From: the human T2T-CHM13v2.0 reference genome, Homo sapiens
Reading direction: 5' to 3' (one strand)
Length of the DNA: 64,000 bases
NCBI RefSeq assembly: GCF_009914755.1
Contig: NC_060943.1
Shown: positions 38,865 through 54,311 of the stretch, piece by piece
Layout of the letters: the number at the start of each line of letters is the position of its first letter
Numbering within the stretch: the stretch's first letter is position 1
The notes under the pieces: model-generated
Databases searched by the model: none
What the model saw: the letters and a program-made list of their open reading frames with translations, nothing else
What the model was told of the DNA's origin: nothing
Program-made: the position numbers and the translations under genes

Positions 38865-39069
38865 TTAAAACAGTAACGACATGTATAACTGACTTCAATA
38901 ATAACAACAGCTAATATTATTATTAAAGAGCTCACTCCAAGCCCACATGTGGAGAGAGAGAATTTCTGCAAGTCAGGGCAAATAAAGGGTTGGGTCAGAG
39001 GCCTCGCTGATGGCTGGAACGGAGGAAGGAGAGAGTTGGTGGGCGCTATCTTACCCATTTCTCTCTCCT

Positions 39070-39326
39070 ACCCTGGAAGACGAAAGCCCTCATAGAGAAA
39101 AGCCAAGATGCCCCAGCTGACTGCCTGCCAGCCAATCCCAGACGTGCCAGGGAAGCCAACCTAGATCACCCAGCTGCCCATTAACCTGCCAGCTGAATGC
39201 ACAGCAAGCCCAGCAGAAACCAGCCAAAGGGCCCAGACAGTAGCAGTGTCCAGCCAAACTCAGAGTGGTAGTTCCTTTAAGTCCCTAAGCCTTGAGCTGG
39301 TTTGTTATGCAGCAGTAGCTAAGACA
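39070..39326 (+). mobile_element. MLT1-type MaLR LTR 3' part
   Basis: CCAGCTGAATGCA...CCCAGCAGAA...TTTAAG...GTTTGTTATGCAGCAGTAGCTAA. Confidence 0.7.
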
Positions 39327-39944
39327 CCAATCAAACAACCTCCTTGTACAGATAACAAGACCAAGGCCCAGGAACATTTCCTGCTGTTCCCTCTGCAGCC
39401 TCAGCCTATCTGATCCATCCCTCTCTCTGCCTCCAGAGCGACAGTTCCAAATGCAAATTTCATCAAGTCTCTGCCCTCCCAGGACCCCTACGTGGCTCCC
39501 CAGGGTCCCACAGAACTGCTCAAACTCCTCCTCACCTGGCAGCCCCAGGCCAGCCTTCCACCCACACCTTTCCATATGGATTCTCTGGCACTCCCCAGAA
39601 GTTTGTCGTGGTGCTGCCCAAAAAGAGCAAAGTCCCCCAGAACACCAAGCCAGCTATCCCTGCTCTCAGCTGGCAGCACCTCTCCCTGGACCGGAATGCC
39701 AGTCCTCCGGCCACCCTTGCCCTGGCTCACGGCTTCTGAGTATCTTCCTGAGCATCCACTCTGCCCTGGAGCTCAGTCCCCTGAGATCTGGGGCTCTTAC
39801 TCACCTTGGAGTAGTCCGCAGAGCTTGGCATGGGCCCTGGATTCCCTGGGCGCTGCTAAGTCTCCACCATGGCTGCTGCAGCCACTGCTGGTGAGGCATG
39901 GTCACCCCAGCCTCACCCCAGGGGGAGAGTTCAGGTCGCGTGAT

Positions 39945-40135
39945 GAGACGGAAGGAGCACTGGGTTCAAGACATGCCCCTTCTACTTGCCACCATGTGAC
40001 CAAGAGGCAGGTGATCTAAACGGCTCAGAGGCTTGGTTTCCTCATTTGCAAAATGAAGCTGATAATTCCTGCCCCATTCACAGGGACGCTGACTGTGAAA
40101 GCCAAAATTCACTGGAGACTCATCTGTGCCAGGTG
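39945..40135 (+). mobile_element. MIR
   Basis: CTGGGTTCAA...TGTGACC...GTTTCCTCATTTGCAAAATG. Confidence 0.65.
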
Positions 40136-40376
40136 ACCTCTTAGTATGCCAGCCACCCCTTTCACTAAATGGCAGGAATGTCCGACCCTTGCATGGCATA
40201 TCCACCCAAAGCCATTTCTGCCACTGTGCAACTTGTGTTATACCATAAACATTGTTCTCTCTCTCTCTCTCCCACTGGGAAAGGCCATCCCAGCATCTTT
40301 GAAGTCCCCACTGCACTGGGCAGGATATCTGGGGAAATCAGGGGTTCTGTCAAATTGGCCCATTTCACAGATTTCA

Positions 40377-41252
<876 letters not shown>

Positions 41253-41429
41253 AAGATGACCTGCGCTAGGCACAGCCTGCCAACCTGAGTGGCTCAGATG
41301 ACAGCCCTCCCTAGGAAGTGAAGGTTGAAAGCAGAGGCCCCCAGACCCCACCTGCATGGCCTGTGTAGTCTCTACACCTAAGCTTCACTTCCTCACCTTC
41401 GACCACATGCTTGGTGAAATGGGAAATAG

Positions 41430-42200
41430 GAGAAGCTGCTTTATAAAAATAAAAATGAAAATGCAATTGTCTGACCAATAAAAAGCATTCCTGTATGTAA
41501 TCCCAGTAATAGATTTTTTAATCCTCGGCTGACACACTGTTATGTGTTCACAGTTATTATCTGTCCACTTCCAAACCTTAAGAGGTTAGATTGTTTAAAG
41601 ATTTGTTAGCTATGAACTGCTTAAAGAAGGTGAAGTATAAACTTCTAGCTAATTGAAAAATAGCATTTTATCAGATTTTCCTCTGATATTATATTGTAAT
41701 GGTTGTACTTAGAGCACTCTCAATACTTCAATAAGTGGAGAAATTTAAAAAATAACATCTTCAGGGCTTTGCAGAAAATGTGGCTGTTACCAATTTATAC
41801 TGCTTTTTTAACCATTATTTTCTTATATTTCCCACAATGCTTTGGATCAGAAGCAAACAGAAACTGAGTGATTACCCCAAAGTGTGCTAGATGAACTGGA
41901 AAAAGTCTATTCAAACAAAGCTCATTAGTTCTGATACCTCCAGGGCTATGACAAATTAAGCGGCTGGTGAGTGCGCTTGCACACAAAAGAATGGTGCCGA
42001 AAACTAGGGCTGAGCTAGGCGCTGTGTCAATAAATTCCCCTGAAAAAGGTAAAAATTACAATTGGAGTTAAAATGGAATCCCTTTAAGGAGCATGTACAA
42101 AATAGATCATCCCCTCTTTCTTAAGTACATTTGTGAACCCGCCCTTGATGAATTATTGCAGCCCGGGAAGTGGCCACTCAAGAGGGGTTGCTTGGCCAGG
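41430..42200. promoter_or_regulatory. Candidate conserved enhancer
   Basis: Repeat-free; CCAATAAAA, TAATCC x2, CTAATTG, AACAAAG, TGACAAATTAA, TGTCAATAAAT, TGATGAATTA. Confidence 0.4.
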
Positions 42201-42626
42201 TGCACATCGGAGTCGTGGGCTGCTCCAGGCTTCCACCTCACTCCTCTGCAAAGACTTGGCCCTGCTGGGAGGAAAGTGTTTTAGAGCCCAACAAGCAGAG
42301 CGTACATGCTCAAAGACGAAAGTCCCGGTCTGCAGCTTTGCCTACTGGGCTCCAGGTGAGGGGCTGCGCTATTCCCAAAGCCAGGTGGGCAGCCTCCCAG
42401 CTTTGAAGTGCTCCATGACCTTGAGATCACCTTGTTTTCTCAGCCAAAGGAGGACTGTGCATTGTAACCATGGGATCTCTTTTTCCTGGTTTGGGAATCA
42501 GTGTCTATGAGGGTTCATAGAAAATTCTTAAAAGTAGTTGTGCTTTTAACAAATCTGTCGCCTAGAAGCTTAAATAAATATTACAGCATTGGATAATGTC
42601 TTTTAATAACGAATAAATATTATTAT

Positions 42627-43150
<524 letters not shown>

Positions 43151-43439
43151 TCTAAATCTATTTTTTAACATTTTAAATGTTGAATTAATGAGCAAGGCTT
43201 TAGGGTAAGATCACAATATGAGGGAAGGAGGGTATCAGGACTGGATGCAGATTCTACAGATGGTCCTTGGGTTCTCTGGAAGACATGGTGGCCACACATG
43301 CCCACCAGACTAAGGCATCTGTGGGTGCCTCACAGTGCTCCGTGACCTCAATGGCAGAATTTCTGTGCCACAGAGAATCTTGACTTAACAATGATTCCCT
43401 GGCTATCCAAGTGGGGAAAACCCTCTGAGAGCACCCAGT

Positions 43440-43757
43440 CCCTAGAGGAACAAGGGCCAAATTGAACCCACAGAATTTTTGCCCCATACAGTGTTGTTTT
43501 TCCTCTTTAATGGAAATATTTGCCACTTAGAAATCAGAAATTTCCCACAAATGTTCAGATTCCCAGCTCCTTTGGGAACTTGAAAGATGTAGCCAAAATG
43601 GACCCATATTGCCACACAGCAGAAATGTCCAGGCAGCATCGCAGATGCCCCATTTAACAAACACACACACTCCAGCCTCGGGGGGCCACTCCCAGCCCAC
43701 AGCACACAGGTATTCTAACATCCTGGCCCCTGAAGGTATCTGAGTTCACAGCCTCTG
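43440..43757 (+). mobile_element. MER102-like hAT element
   Basis: GGCCAAATTG...AGAAATTTC...CCTGGCCCCTGAAGG.AT.TGAGTT end. Confidence 0.55.
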
Positions 43758-44039
43758 ATCTGGTCAATCATCAGTCTAGTAGACATGGAGAAAATAAGAC
43801 CCAGAAAGCAGGGGTAGCTTGCAGGGGCTACAGTGGGAGCACAGCTTCAGGACTAGACTTCAAGTCTTGGCATCCCCAGTGCCATGTTCACTGAAGCTCT
43901 CCACCATCCTAGCCCCAGTGGAGTGAATTCCTCTCTTGTTTGTGTCTACTTCTCTGCCATGTTCAGATTTCTCTCAATCCCCCTATCTGGCCATTCACCC
44001 ATCCAGGTGAGGTACCAGACTTTGGGCTAGACTCTGTCA

Positions 44040-44155
44040 TGTAATCATCTGCTTAGAGTCCATCTCCACCACTGTCTATGAGCAATTTGAGGATGGGAGG
44101 GATGTGGTAATGATCTCTATCTGCAGTGCCTAGCACACAGTAGGTCTAGCAAAAT
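44040..44155 (+). mobile_element. L2 3' fragment
   Basis: CAGTGCCTAGCACACAGTAGGT. Confidence 0.6.
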
Positions 44156-44405
44156 CCTGCCTCCTTTTCATCAAGCAATCTCATGGCATCCTTCAGACTC
44201 TGCATCCTGAATCTTGATGGCCATATACAATAACTAAGCCCAAGACCACCATGACCACCAGTCTCTTCTTCAACACGTGACCAATCAGCCATCTCAGACC
44301 ACACATTTCTGACACAGGCCTCTATATTCTGGCCTTCCTTAGGTCCGCTGAGGTCACTGAGAACACCTGGTGGCCCCAGAAGGTTCATTCCCTCCAGGTA
44401 GGTAG

Positions 44406-44747
<342 letters not shown>

Positions 44748-45097
44748 CTTTATGTTTATTTTTACTTACATTTCCGGAACCAGTGACATGGAGGGACAAT
44801 TCTTCCCACGTTGATGCATGCTGTCGCCTAAACATGAACTGTTTTTGCAATCCCGCCTCAGGGAGTCATAGCTGTTGCATGGAGGCATGCGATTCCAAGG
44901 TCCAAGGACCACAGGGGAGGCGAGGGTCAGGGGCTGCAAAGCCCATGAAGGAAAACAGCAGGTCCGGACCTCTGTGCTCCCCCAAAGCCCAACCGCCTTT
45001 CACTGCGCAGGTAGCTCCAGGCATGGCATCCGCTGCTGTAGAGAAGTTACAAACAAGAGCACAAAGGCATCAAGTTTTTTACTTTTGTCTTTCTTCC

Positions 45098-45385
45098 TTT
45101 TTTTTTTTTTTTCAACAGAGTCTCACTGTCTTGCCCAGACTGGATTGCAGTGGTGCAATCATGGCTCACTGCAGCCTCAGCCTCCCAGGCTCAAGCGAAC
45201 CTCCCGCCTCAGCCTCTGGGACTACAGGCACACGCCACCACACTCAGCTCATTTTTTTATTTTTTATAAAGATGAGGTCTCACTATGTTGCCCGGGGTTG
45301 GCCTCAAACTCCTGGCCTCAAAGAATCCTCCCACCTTGGCCTCCCGAAATGCTAGGATTACAGGTGTGAGCCACCACACCCAGCC
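45098..45385 (-). mobile_element. AluJ
   Basis: Reverse dimer. Confidence 0.93.
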
Positions 45386-45561
45386 ATCTTTCAAAAGTTG
45401 AGAAGCGGGTGGGAAAACATTAGGAGTCACATACAACCCAGGTGCTCCCATCACTCAATCAATACTGATTGATCAAAGGGGAGAACAGTACAAAGTGTGA
45501 GGCTGGTAGGGCTGTCTGAGGACACCTGGGTCCCATCCCCCAACTTAGCAGGATCCAACAT

Positions 45562-45917
45562 TATATTAGTTCATTTTCATGCTGCTGATAATGACATACC
45601 CGAGACTGCATAATTTATAAAGAAAAAGAGGTTTATAGACTCACAGTTTCATGTGGCTGGGGAGGCCTCACAATCATGGCAGAAGGCAAAAAGGTATGTC
45701 TTACATGGTGGCAGGCAAGAAAGAGATTGTGCAGGGAAATTCCCCTTTGTAAAGCCATCAGATCTTGTGAGACTTATCCACTATCACGAGAACAGTATAA
45801 GGGAAACCACCTCCATGATTCAATTATCTCCCACTGGGTCCCTCCCACAACACTTGGGAATTATGGGAGCTAAAATTCAAGTTGAGATTTGGGTGGGGAC
45901 ACAGCCAGACCATATCT
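45562..45917 (-). mobile_element. THE1 (THE1B/C-like) solo LTR
   Basis: TATTAGT.CATTTTCATGCTGCTGATAA...GAGATTTGGGTGGGGACACAGCCA.ACCATATC; 5-bp TSD AACAT. Confidence 0.93.
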
Positions 45918-46147
45918 AACATCCTGCGGAACTCCCTGCACCACTAGGCTGGGAGGGAAAGGACATGTTTGATCACGTGGGGAACAGGTAGGTCTGAATC
46001 AGCCCCTCTCAGTTACCCCATGCTCCAGAGCTGTCCAGGAAAACAACCAACCTTTCCCCTACACCTGGGAAGAAGGTGCAATTGGATGGGAGAGAAAGCA
46101 TATGGAGCTGGGGCGCCAGGCTTCAAGATGCGGGCCAGGCTCATCTT

Positions 46148-46623
46148 GTATATTTATTGCAGCACTATTTACAATAGCAAAGACTTGGAACCAACCCAAA
46201 TGCCCATCAGTGATAGACTGGATAAAGAAAATGTGGCACATATACACCATGGAATACTATGCAGCCATAAAAAAGAATGAGTTCATGTCCTTTGCAGGGA
46301 CATGCATGAAGCTGGAAACCATAATTCTCAGCAAACTAACACAGGAACAGAAAACCAAACACTGCATGTTCTCACTCATAAGTGGGAGCTGAATAATGAG
46401 AACACATGGACACAGGGAGAGAAGCAACACACACTGAGGCCTGTCAGGGGTTGGGGGACAAGGGGAGGGAGAGCATTAGGACAAATACCTAATGCATGTG
46501 GGGCTTAAAACCTAGATGACAGGTTGATAGGTACAGCAAACCACCATGGCACATGTATACCTATGTAACCTGCACATTCTGCACATATATCCAAGAACTT
46601 GAAGTAAAATTAAAAAAAAAAAA
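46148..46623 (+). mobile_element. 5'-truncated L1PA (PA6-8 type) 3' end
   Basis: ORF2 C-terminus FIAALFTIAKTWNQPKCP..., 3'UTR and A tail; TSD AAGATG(C/A)GGGCCAGGC at 46125 and 46624. Confidence 0.95.
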
Positions 46624-47899
46624 AAGATGAGGGCCAGGCAGGGGCAGACATGTCATGGATGTGGGAAGTCATAGGCAGCAGCACTGAAGGACCCCTGGCT
46701 GGCCCTAGTGCCTGTGCACAAGCCACGCCCTCCATCCCACGGAGAAGAGGGGTGGGGAATCCTCACCTCAACTGAGGAACCTCCAATTAACTGTGTTTCC
46801 CCAGAACGGATTAGATTGAGCCTCTACCACTGAGCACACAGGGGTTTGAAACAGAGACTCATCTGATTTACAGAAGCATAAAGAAAGTTGCAGTATTTCC
46901 GCACCTGGTACCTCTGACTTTGTCACCGCCACACAGTATGCTGGAAAGCAGCTTCCCCAGGAGTATCCCCCCTCCCCTGCTCAACCCTGGGGGGTTTAGA
47001 GGAAGAAGGAGAACAGGTCCAGCTGCTGCCTAAAAATTCCTGGGCATACAGAGGTCAGTGTAGGGGGAAGAGGGCATCCTGAGGGCAGGGCGGCAGTGGG
47101 GCAACTGAAAGGCTGTTTTCTGGTTTGTCCACAGGCAGGGAGTAGGAAGATCCTAGTGGCAGAAGCCTGCTGGCATCAACAGCCTGGCAGGGGCTCTCTG
47201 AAGCCTAGCCCACCCTTAGTCAGAAGCGCAGGAATGGCTGTGATGGGACTGAAGCATTCATGATGGCCCCAGGCCAGAGACATCCCGGAGCTGAGCTCCC
47301 CAGGGCTACTCCAGGCCTGGGCCAGGTAAGCAGATGAGTAGACTCAGGGGTCAGCAGGCACACAGCAAAACAGGGGTCCCTCTCCTCTATTGCACAGTGC
47401 TTCCTCCTCTCCACCCCCAATGCCCCTCAAGCCCTTGCCATCTCAATTCTCCTTCTCGTTGGATTCTGGGGTCCTTCTCCTCTACTTCCCCCTTACCCCT
47501 TCTCCTGACAATCCCTTCTCATGCCTCCTAAATGTAGAATTTCCTGAGGTTCTGAGCTCACCTGTCCTCTCTCTCATGTCTCTTCCCAGTGACCTTGTGC
47601 TCACACCTCCAGGGAAGTGACCTCCACGTGTCCAGTTCCCACCCCAGCCCCTATCCCAGGCTCAGCTTCCCACTCAGGGGCCCACTCACACTCTGATGCA
47701 GTCTCAGTGTCTCCAATCTATTCCCAAGAACAACTCATCTCTGTCATGGTCCCCCCACTGCCCCAAGGAGGTAAGGCCAGGAGGGAAGGCACCTGCGTTG
47801 GGGTGTTGGGGAGTGTGTTGTGGTTGGGGTGTTGGGGAGTGAGCCTTCTCCACACATCCTGCCGTGGTGTTTTCACAATCTTTTGCTAATGTTTCATTC

Positions 47900-47975
47900 A
47901 TATATATATATACATATATATATATACACACACACACACATATATATATATATACACACACATATGTATATATAC

Positions 47976-47990
<15 letters not shown>
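47900..47990. repeat. (TA)n/(CA)n compound microsatellite
   Basis: Direct reading. Confidence 0.95.
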
Positions 47991-48990
<1,000 letters not shown>

Positions 48991-49252
48991 GGGCACATTT
49001 CTTCATTTTTAATAGATGCTTGGTGGGAACTAGCCACATGTGATTGGAATTTTTATTATACACCATTGTGATAAATTTGTACCCAAATTACCTATTCAGT
49101 AATCTAACAGGGTAAACATATAGTCCCTACAGCTTCTAGAAAGATGCCTGTGCCCCTCACCAAGGAAAACAGTTAAGCCGTCCCCCTGCTCAACCCCCAC
49201 CCCCAAAGAAGAGCCCACCAAAGGCCAAGCCTCCTAATCGAATTTAGCTCTT

Positions 49253-49500
<248 letters not shown>

Positions 49501-49505
49501 ATGTT

Positions 49506-49719
49506 GAAAGGTAGAGGGAGGGGGGAGAGAGAGAGAGGGGAGGAAGGACAAACACTAGTAAATAGAGAGAGAGAAAAGAGAAGGAAGGAAAGAAAGAAGG
49601 AGGGAAGGAAGGAAGGAAGGAAAGGGAAGGAAGGGGAAGTGAAGGGAAGGGAAGGAAGGAAGGAAGGAAGGAAGGAAGAAGGAAGAAGGAAGGAAGGAAG
49701 GACAAACACTAGTAAATAG
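49506..49719. repeat. GA/GGAA purine tract with a duplicated 25-bp spacer
   Basis: AGGAAGGACAAACACTAGTAAATAG at 49541-49565 and 49695-49719. Confidence 0.95.
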
Positions 49720-50149
49720 TCCAGAACCGTTGCCCCTGAGCTTCAAGATACCTGAGTGCTTGAAATATAGCAAATCCACTCTACTGCCCATCACTGGTAA
49801 AATGCGGAGAATGACCCAGCTGGCCCCAGAGAGCCCCACATGGCTGGCACTGAGCACTTCCTAATAAGCCTGTCCTTCTGATCAGCTCCTTCCCTGCACA
49901 TCCACCCATCGACATGACAGTATCTTGGAAATGTGGAGAGTTTTTTCATGGCACAAGTAATAGATGCTTATTCTTGAGAAATGTGTACATATGGATAAGC
50001 AAAATGAAACCACCCACAATTTCACCTTTCACCTAAAACACCATGACTGTTGGCATTTTGGTGGACTCCCTTCCCACTTTCCTATCTGTAGCCTCTCAAT
50101 TGGCTCCTTCTCAATAAGCTCTACATTTTGAGGTGCAGGGGGTTCATCT

Positions 50150-50340
50150 CTTCTCTAGCTGCACTCATGCCCTTGGCACCTGCCCGATCCCCTTGCTTCA
50201 GCTATTAGCTCCCTGTTGCCAGTTCCCAGGTCTACATCTCAGCCCAGCCTCCCTCCCTAATTCCAGGCTCTAAGCTCCCAGTCATCGCCACCTGGATGCC
50301 TACTCCATGTCTCAAACTCAGTATGTCCAAAAATGTTCCT
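50150..50340 (+). mobile_element. L2 fragment
   Basis: CCACCTGGATG.CT...TCTCAAACTCA.TATGTCCAAAA. Confidence 0.6.
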
Positions 50341-50369
50341 CCAAAGCTGCATAAAATAAAAAGTCCAGG

Positions 50370-50632
50370 ATAAACAAAACAGCAAAATTTTAAATCAAGA
50401 CAAGACCCAGCCCTGCACTGGCACGTCACTCTCTTCATTTTAATCCCCACCCTTTTGGATTCTGTCTTTATTTAGAATGTTGATATTTTGTTCATCAAGA
50501 GTTTTTGCATTAATTTTCACTTTTTAAAATATTGCATTAAAATATGATTCAGCTTTATGGCTGAGTTTTCTGGCACACCTTTAAATGGTGCACCTGAAGT
50601 GAGTGTCTCACTCCCCAACTTCTAATCCCAAA
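50370..50632. mobile_element. hAT-Tip100-type DNA transposon relic (MER96B-like)
   Basis: TTTAAAATATTGCATTAAAATAT...CTGAGTTTT..GGCAC.CC.TTAAAT..TGCACC.GA.GTGAGTG.CTCACTC. Confidence 0.5.
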
Positions 50633-50719
50633 CTCGCCCCCCCACTTCTTGGCCACCACTGTACAACCAACAGCCCAGGCACACACCTAGTGTCTCTGGC
50701 ATCTCAAGTCACTTCTAGA

Positions 50720-51084
50720 CTTACAGGAAGCACCTCATCTCTGAGTATGGAGCCGATGTTCTGAGAAGCTGCCAAAAGTGATACCCAGAAGATGCAATGC
50801 AAAAATGTGGGGAAGGTACTCCCCACAGAGTGAACTGTGACCAGGGGGAAAGGAGAAAAGGGAAGGAGCCAGGCACACTAATTTCTCTTCCCTGTCACCC
50901 ACCGACTACTTAGAGACAGAGTTTCTGCACACACCCGATCTGGAGAAGATGGAGACGCCAAGCAGAGGCACCTGCTAAGCCACCTGCTGTGTCTCTCCCC
51001 AGCCAGCATGGGGCAGGACCATACACATTTCTTCCCATCCCTCTATGCTTCATGCCTCCTCTCTCTTTCCCCCTTCTCTCTCTC

Positions 51085-51127
<43 letters not shown>

Positions 51128-51210
51128 GCAGTTTGCACCTCCCAAATGAAGCATCAGCCCTTTAATCCTTGCCTCAAGCTCTGTTTTCCAGAGAGCCTGA
51201 GCTATGGCAG
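50720..51210 (+). mobile_element. ERVL-type solo LTR (LTR33/40/41-like) with internal (TC)n at 51075-51122
   Basis: End motif GCACCTCCCAAAT.AAGCA...AATCCTTGCCTCA.GCTCTGTTTTC.AG.GA.CC.G.GCTA. Confidence 0.65.
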
Positions 51211-51765
51211 GTCTGCTTCTGGATTTTTTGTGTTTCGTCATCTTGATCTATTTTGTGCCTTTAAAATGCATTTTCATATCTAATACAAATTCTTCATCAT
51301 TCTTCCCCGCCCCCCCCAAATTCCCTTGCCTATTATTACTCATTTAATCATCCAAATGAACTTTCCTACAGTTAAATTCTGGGAGAAAGAAATCGCTTTC
51401 TATTTTTCAAGTCATCTTCGCATTTATTATCTTTTTTCCATGCAACACAAATACTTCTTAACAGTTTGGATGTTAGATCGGCCCTGGGCTCTATGTGACC
51501 CCAAGGGAATTGCAATGTAGCTGGGGAATTAAAGAGAATAGTAAATAACCTTGATTTAAGCCGTCAGGGTAGGTGTCCCTATTCCCAGTTGGTATAGAAC
51601 TACACAGCTGGGAGAGGCTGAGTTGAGATTAGAGTCCTGGTCTCTGTGATCCCCAAAGCCCATCCTCTGTCCATTCACCAGCCTGGAACACTGAAGACCA
51701 CAAAGATCATGAGCACTGGATGAACTCAGATGAAGGAGAACTCGTGGGTGGTGGGGGCAAGGTAG

Positions 51766-52114
<349 letters not shown>

Positions 52115-52577
52115 TAAGCTTCTAGCTAGGATTTAAGGAAATGAAGAAAGAGAATATTACTCCAAGGAGAGAGAACAATACCTGTGAAAGATCCCAGAAG
52201 CAATTGGAATTGGAGTCCAAGAAGAACCCTAAAGCAGCCAGACCCCACAGGGCAGGGAGAGCACACGGCAGTGGGCTGGGGTCACCTGTGGCTTCCTCGT
52301 GCCTGTGCAATGCTCACTGGTGTACCTGAGAACTTTCCTCTTGACAGCGTAAGAGGCCTCAACCTGTCCCACAAACTTAGCTTGGCAGCCTGTGTTTCCT
52401 GGCCAAAGGCATCCAAGGAGATGACCCAAGACCAGGACAGTGATGCCCCACCCTTGTTTTCTAGGATTTTAAAAATTGTCTTCAAATGTTCAATTGTTCT
52501 TGAAATTCTCAAAAGAAAATTTGGCTTGGAAGTAATGGTAGTGGTCTTTGTGCTTCTTAAAGATTCTTCAACCAAAG

Positions 52578-52856
52578 TCAGGCACAGTGGCTCAGCGCTT
52601 TGGGAGGCCAAGGCAGGAGGATCACTTGAGGCCAGGATTTCAAGACAAGCCTGGGCAACATAGCAAGACCCCAAAATTTTTTAAAAATTAGCTGGGTGTG
52701 GTGGCTCATGCTTGCAGTCTCAGCTACTTGGGAGGCTAAGGCAAGAGGATCACTTGAGCCCAGGAGGTCGAGGCTGCAGTGAGCTGACTGCACCGTTGTG
52801 CTCCAGCCTAAGTGACAGAGTGAGACCCCATCTTAAATAAATAAATAAATAAATAA
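52578..52856 (+). mobile_element. AluJ with (TAAA)n tail
   Basis: Dimer with small internal deletions. Confidence 0.92.
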
Positions 52857-52887
52857 TATTGTTTTTCTGGAAAACTGCTCTTTCAGC

Positions 52888-54309
52888 TTTTTCTTTTTTT
52901 ATTTTTTTTTTATTATTATACTTTAAGTTTTAGGGTACATGTGCACAATGTGCAGGTTAGTTACATATGTATACATGTGCCATGCTGGTGCGCTGCACCC
53001 ACTAACTCATCATCTAGCATTAGGTATATCTCCCAATGCTATCCCTCCCCCCTCCCCCCTCCCCACAACAGGCCCCAGTGTGTGATGTTCCCCTCCCTGG
53101 GTCCATGTGTTCTCATTGTTCAACTCCCACTTATGAGTGAGAACATGTGGTGTTTGGTTTTCTGTTCCTGTGTTAGTTTGCTGAGGATGATGGCTTCCAG
53201 CTTCATCCACATCCCTGCAAAGAACATGATCTCATTCTTTATGTCTGTGTAGTATTCCATGGTGAATATGTACCACATTTTCTTTATCCAGTCTATCATT
53301 GATGGGCATTTGGGTTGGTTCCATGTCTTTGCTAGTGTATATAGTGCTGCAATAAACATATGTGTGCATGTGTCTTTATAGCAGAATGATTTATATTCCT
53401 TTGGATATATACCCAGTAATGGGATTGCTGGGTCAAATGGTATTTCTGGTTCTAGATCCTTGAGGAATCACCACACTGTCTTCCACAATGGTTGAACTAA
53501 TTTACATTCCACGAACAGTGTAAAAGCATTCCTATTTCTCCACAGTCTCGCCAGCATCTGTTGTTTCTTGACTTTTTAATAAACGTCATTCTGACTGGTG
53601 TAAGATGGTATCTCATTGTGGTTTTTATTCGCATTTCTCTAATGATCAGTGATGATGAGCTTTTTTTATATGTTTGCTGGCTGCATTAATGTCTTCTACC
53701 TGACTTGAAACTATACTACAAGGCCACAGTAACCAAAACAGCATGGTACTAGTACCAAACAGACATACAGACCAATGGAATAGAACAGAACCGTCACGAG
53801 TAACACCACAGTTCTAGAATCATCTGATCTTCAAAAAACCGGACAAAAACAAGCAGTGGGGAAAGGATTCTGCATTTAATAAATGCTGCTGGGAAAACTG
53901 GCTAGCCATATGCAAAAAACTGAAACTGGACCCCTTCTTTACACCTTATACAAAGATTAACTCAAGATGGATTAAAGACTTAAATGTAAAACCCAAAGCC
54001 ATAAAAATTCTAAAAGAAAACCTAGGCAATACCATTCAAGACATAAGCATGGGCAAAGACTTCATGATGAAAACACCAAAAGCAATAGCAACAAAAGCCA
54101 AAATTGACAAATGGGATCTAATTAAGCTAAAGAGCTTCTGCACAGCAAAAGAAAGTAGCATGAGAGTGAACAGGCAACCTACAGAATGGGAGAAAAATTT
54201 TGCCATCTACCCGTCTGACAAAGGTCTAATACCAAGAATCTACAAGTAACTTAAACAAATTTACAAGAAAAAAACAAACAACCCCATCAAAAAGTGGGCA
54301 AAAGATATG
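52888..54309 (-). mobile_element. 5'-inverted chimeric L1PA (young PA2/3-type 3' tip on a PA7/8-type body)
   Basis: Antisense 3' part at 52888-53697 and sense ORF2 part at 53696-54309 ([35 protein letters not shown]); no TSD. Confidence 0.93.
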
Positions 54310-54311
54310 GT

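Noticed and set aside
39451-40019. Overlapping 147- and 175-aa ORFs
   Set aside because: Chance ORFs in GC-rich DNA, S/P/L-biased, running into a MIR; no homology recognised
49541-49719. Direct repeats with a spacer, superficially CRISPR-like
   Set aside because: Only two copies around a microsatellite in primate DNA; no cas genes
54049-54249. ORF with genuine L1 ORF2p peptide (also 46102-46392, 53120-53359, 20474-20719)
   Set aside because: Fragments of truncated, disabled L1 copies, not host CDS
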